NCBI GenBank assembly: GCA_044892505.1
Contig: CM097883.1
Location: 424,514,001-424,578,000, forward strand
Direction of reading: 5' to 3'
DNA length: 64,000 nucleotides
Source: Schmidtea nova
Taxonomy: Eukaryota
Position numbers and translations under genes: made by a program
Part shown: positions 60,106 through 64,000 of the stretch, piece after piece
Layout of the letters: each line of letters starts with the position of its first letter
Numbering within the stretch: the first letter of the stretch is position 1
The notes under the pieces: model-generated
Told to the model about the DNA's origin: nothing
Databases searched by the model: none
The model's input: only the letters and a program-made list of their open reading frames with translations

Positions 60106-60741
60106 CTGGGCCTATATTCCCTCTGTTGTTATTTCTTATCACTTGCAACCCTGGGCCTATATTCCCTCCGTTGCTACTCAAACGATTGTAACCCTGGGCT
60201 TATATTCCCTCCGTTACTATCTTCCTTTAATTTTAAATAATTGCAACCCTGGGCCTATATTCCCTCCGTTGCTACTCAACAATTGTAACCCTGGGCCTAT
60301 ATTCCCTCCGTTACTATATATCCGGATATCCCTATTGGCTCCTTTGGCCTCTAATTAATATCAATTATCTCAAATGGCTCTTATGGCCTCAAATTCATAT
60401 CTCAATTATCTCAAATGGCTCTATTGGCCTTAAATTCATATCTCAATTATCTCAAATGGCTCTATTGGCCTTAAATCGTATCTCTCAATAACGCCTAGCT
60501 AGGTCATTCAATATGGCTCTTTGGCCTCAACCCTTTGTTTCAAGGGACAAACCGCTGATAACCCTTTGTTTCAAGGGACAAATTCTAATAACCCTTTGTT
60601 TCAAGGGACAAACCGCTGATAACCCTTTGTTTCAAGGGACAAATTCTAATAAACCTTTGTTTCAAGGGACAAACCGCTGATAACCCTTTGTTTCAAGGGA
60701 CAAATTCTAATAACCCTTTGTTTCAAGGGACAAATTCTAAT
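60106..60741. repeat. Three adjacent tandem arrays in the 5' leader
   Basis: 5x CTGGGCCTATATTCCCTCCGTT core (60106-60312); ~41-bp TGGCTCTATTGGCC units (60336-60528); 7x 30/31-bp AACCCTTTGTTTCAAGGGACAAA units (60529-60741). Confidence 0.9.
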
Positions 60742-61218
60742 AAATTTTCCTTAACCGGTTAATCGTAATTCTTAACTTCGCTAGCGACTACAATTTCTCA
60801 GCTGAGTTCTCTCAATTTCATGCGAGCTGATTATGCACCTCTTATTTTTCTCTATAATTCCTCGATTCTTTGTTTTATTACTAATTCTTTCGCTGATCAG
60901 TCATAATTCAATTTTTATTATTTTCTCTGCGCGCATCTTACCTCATCAGGGTTTTCCCTATTTCTCTCCCCAACCAAAATATACAAAAAGATCGCGTTGG
61001 TCTACTAATGCGGGATGTGGTGATCAATCACATCACAAAAGCTTCCCAACATTTGCGATTGGCCCCTTTCTATATACCCCGAGTGGGTTGATCAACTGGT
61101 ACCTCCCAATGGGTGCTTAACGGACTACTTGACAGTAGCTCAAAAATTAATTAACATTGTTGATTGCTCCCCTGACTTTGTCATTCGATACAATATATTA
61201 ACACACTCTAAATATTTA

Positions 61219-61680
61219 TTATAAATAAACTACAATTCTATCAGCTACAGAGAAATTGCACATGGGGCACTTATCACACTTATTCGCACAGTTTTTACAA
61301 AATCGAAAATGTCCGCATGGTAGAAACATTATTTGGATTTCACTGTCTTCGCATATGTAACATCGTTTATATTGTTTTGTTGCCTCGACCCCTTGCGACA
61401 TCCATCGGTTATAAGTTAGGTTTAACTGCTGTTCTATATGTCGGCATCTGATATTCAACTCGGCATCCTCTAATCGTGCTTTGTACCATTTATATCGCGT
61501 ATTTATATCGAGTTTATTTACTTTCTCTATGATTTTTATTAACTCAGTTGTTTCCTCCGTTTGTGTCGTAGGTTCCTCATATTCGGATGCTCTTATTCGG
61601 GTTATTTTTTCGCAGACTGTCTCAAATGTATCGTTCTCGGTGTTGAAAAATTCCTCGATTTCTTTCAGTTTTTCCTCCAT
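61219..61680 (-). CDS. 153-aa protein with C-terminal IAP-type RING, no BIR domain
   Basis: CYICEDSEIQIMFLPCGHFRFCKNCANKCDKCPMCNFSVADRIVVYL-stop. Confidence 0.85.
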   Translation of the reverse strand: MEEKLKEIEEFFNTENDTFETVCEKITRIRASEYEEPTTQTEETTELIKIIEKVNKLDINTRYKWYKARLEDAELNIRCRHIEQQLNLTYNRWMSQGVEATKQYKRCYICEDSEIQIMFLPCGHFRFCKNCANKCDKCPMCNFSVADRIVVYL

Positions 61681-61933
61681 TTCCTAGATAATTTATTTAA
61701 TTACTGTGTTAATATTATTCGAAAAGTAGTACTGTGTTTCGTTTCTGACAGTTTTATAGCCTCCCCCCGTGTTTCGGTAAATTGTCGTCCCGACCTGTTA
61801 TTTATGAATGCATTTGTTCAATTTATCTACTAATTTGTTTTAATTTGTTTTAATACTATTTCTACTCACAAAATTCTGACTTTAAATTTCTCTGTTGTCA
61901 TTGGGTTCACCTTTTCCGCATAAAACAAAGTTG

Positions 61934-61951
61934 ATCCCGGCTGAGCCCCCA
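61934..61951 (-). promoter_or_regulatory. Primer-binding site, tRNA-Pro type
   Basis: TGGGGGCTCAGCCGGGAT, 16/18 to the vertebrate tRNA-Pro PBS TGGGGGCTCGTCCGGGAT; 6 nt inside the LTR end. Confidence 0.85.
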
Positions 61952-62519
61952 AATTTATGCTGGGATTATGGGTGGGTTTTAAGTAATTCAAATAAATAGT
62001 TAATCATTAATTGAACGACTATTGATGAGTACGTATACTAGGGATTCCACGCCCATAACCATACATAACATGACTACTACACGCGTATGCCCTTGACTAT
62101 TCCCTACTAGCCAAGTTGGTACTGCATACGGTGGTGGAAAAATGATGGGCAGGTGAGCTTTGTTGCCAAAACTACTCCCCATTTATCTTCCCTCGGGTCC
62201 TTGCTGCCGATAGAAGGTCTTACGCATTTACATTCTATGGATGTTCGCTTCCTACTGAATTTTATACTACACATCCTTATGATCTATCACACGCTTTTCC
62301 CCAATTTCACTATCCTTAACTGATCTACAAGGTAATTAATCAGCTCCTACGTAGAAACGGTCGGTTTGAGAAAAATGCGGCTGCGATTTTTTACTTCTAG
62401 GATTTAGCTATTGTTATTTTATTTTATTTAGTGAATTCACACGATGAGAGAAAAATTTTACACAGTAATACTTTTATTAAAATAATAAAGACAGGTTGTT
62501 ATTTTACATTGAGGTTTTC

Positions 62520-63104
62520 CTATTCAAACTCCAGGCTAATCTCCTGGATTAACTCTGCTTCGGTTAAGGAGTTCAGGTGGTGGATTTGTTCGTCCAGGCG
62601 CTTTGCAAATTCTCGGCGACGACGGCGCTGTCGCGATCCCATTCGATGTTTTCGAAGCTGTTGGTTTATGACCGGTGCTGACGCTATTATTCTCGGGGGA
62701 TCACTGAGAAAAATAGGCAAATCTTCCGTTGTAAGAGTGGGTGCCATGATGATATCATCTTCTGTCCCGCAAGCGACATCTTGGTGAGTGCATTGTATCC
62801 AGCGCTGAGCCGTGATCGGCCGGATTAGCGCTCGCAATTCGGAGTCGATGTAACTTCTTGTTACTGCGTTCAGGCAATTTCGGAGTTCCCGCTGGACGGC
62901 ATCTAGTTCCAATTTGGTTGCGGCCAGTGCTTCCTGCATCCGCTCAAGTTTTTTCGACTGGTCCTTCATTTGTCCGGGCGAGAACCACTTCGCCCTTAAT
63001 TCATCATTGGCGACCGTGAGTCGCTTGATCTGTCGCTGCTGGTCCCTCAACTTCCTTTCTTGGATTTGTCCCATGATTTTCTTGGAATTTTCTGTAGTCG
63101 GCAT
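62520..63104 (-). CDS. 5' LTR copy of 194-aa ORF
   Basis: Identical translation to 37451-38035. Confidence 0.55.
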   Translation of the reverse strand: MPTTENSKKIMGQIQERKLRDQQRQIKRLTVANDELRAKWFSPGQMKDQSKKLERMQEALAATKLELDAVQRELRNCLNAVTRSYIDSELRALIRPITAQRWIQCTHQDVACGTEDDIIMAPTLTTEDLPIFLSDPPRIIASAPVINQQLRKHRMGSRQRRRRREFAKRLDEQIHHLNSLTEAELIQEISLEFE

Positions 63105-63422
63105 GTTGTCTGAATATTATAACGATAAATTCGCTGGAGGACCTATCAACAATGTTATTTTATTTAGTCTACTCTTTATTATTATTAAACGAGATGTATA
63201 CTAATGTTTTTAATTATCGAGTTCTTTACAAAAATATTTAACTATCTAACCATTGAAGACTCAAAAGATTTATTGAACTAATTTTGTATTAATAAATGAA
63301 TTTCCTAATGACTATAACAACTACAATACTAAATCTACATGACAACACTATTAACAAAATGAGACACTTCAGACTTCTTTAAAACATTTATTAAATTCAA
63401 AAATAGGTGGCCATTTATTCAA

Positions 63423-63899
63423 TTATCCATCTCCGGTCGTTTTTCCCCGATACGAAAATATCGATTTAATTTGCAAATTTGTGTGGATTCCCGTGCTATT
63501 GGACGAGGCTTGCTGGAAGCGGATTCTCTCAGCTTCTCGAAGGGGTCGTATGGCTGTATTGAACTTGAACCCCAATTCCTTGAAGGTAGAGGCTGGAATG
63601 AACCCCCAATAAATGACACATTTCGGGAATCCTCCTTTGTCCAACATCAGGATGAACCAGGCGGCGTGCCATGATTCGAATTCCTCGTCTGGAATGATTG
63701 GCCAACTAGCGCATCCCCGGTACCATACGTGGTGCCGTGGATGGTCCCATACTGTAAATGGACAGGCGGTTTCGAGCTCTCGGCGCCATGCCCACATCTT
63801 TTGATGGATTTGCTGTAAAATCTCGAAAGGAGCCGGCTTTAATGGGCTAACTCGGGCTCGTTCTTGTCGTTTTTTGATAGTGTATCTATGCTTAGTCAT
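63423..63899 (-). CDS. 5' LTR copy of 158-aa ORF
   Basis: Identical translation to 38354-38830. Confidence 0.55.
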   Translation of the reverse strand: MTKHRYTIKKRQERARVSPLKPAPFEILQQIHQKMWAWRRELETACPFTVWDHPRHHVWYRGCASWPIIPDEEFESWHAAWFILMLDKGGFPKCVIYWGFIPASTFKELGFKFNTAIRPLREAERIRFQQASSNSTGIHTNLQIKSIFSYRGKTTGDG

Positions 63900-64000
63900 G
63901 ATTCCAAAACGATGCTGAATTTTATAATAGTTACAATTTACATCAATAATTAATCATAGTAAATGTTATCTCTCATCGTGATATCTTTATTATTTGCCTA

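Larger units (their letters stand above)
36889..64000 (-). mobile_element. Giant Ty3/gypsy LTR retroelement / endogenous retrovirus-like element (predicted ~28.3 kb, 5' end beyond window)
   Basis: Direct repeats at constant offset 25069, PBS, intact gag-env-pol ORF, cargo ORFs all on the minus strand. Confidence 0.95.
61958..64000 (-). repeat. 5' LTR (truncated by window end)
   Basis: Direct repeat of 36889-38931 at constant offset 25069. Confidence 0.95.

Noticed and set aside
60106-60741. CRISPR-like array
   Set aside because: Eukaryotic context, spacers not unique, no cas genes
36889-64000. 2-kb direct repeat as an assembly duplication
   Set aside because: TG/CA boundary, PBS at the expected copy, different flanks and enclosed gag-pol fit true LTRs

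Overview
AT-rich eukaryotic (metazoan) draft-genome window with seven N-gaps. The TA microsatellites and TE mix look Hydra/cnidarian-like, but the species cannot be confirmed from sequence alone. The left ~36.9 kb is mostly degraded mobile DNA: a decayed Polinton/adintovirus (PLA2, integrase, ATPase, capsid genes, protease, pPolB remnant), a second Polinton-like TIR element, and piggyBac, hAT, mariner and Ginger-like derivatives. It also holds the last two coding exons of a host SLC5A7-like choline transporter (minus strand). From 36889 to the window end lies an apparently intact, very young, giant Ty3/gypsy LTR retroelement on the minus strand, inserted into a hAT transposase. It has LTRs of at least 2 kb (probably ~3.3 kb) that look identical and carry their own ORFs, and a tRNA-Pro-type PBS. 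Its single 4985-aa ORF runs Gag, ubiquitin-like domains, a Bcl-2-like domain, a chuvirus/gB-type Env, PR, RT, RNaseH, IN, ankyrin repeats, and a second signal-peptide/FN3-like/TM protein. Free-standing cargo genes encode an IAP-type RING protein, a full-length TRAF, and coiled-coil/TM proteins. The main candidate novel system is this ~28-kb endogenous retrovirus-like element, with Env placed between Gag and Pol and a cell-death/NF-kB/ubiquitin-manipulating toolkit. All domain calls are by-eye motif recognition; no database searches were run.
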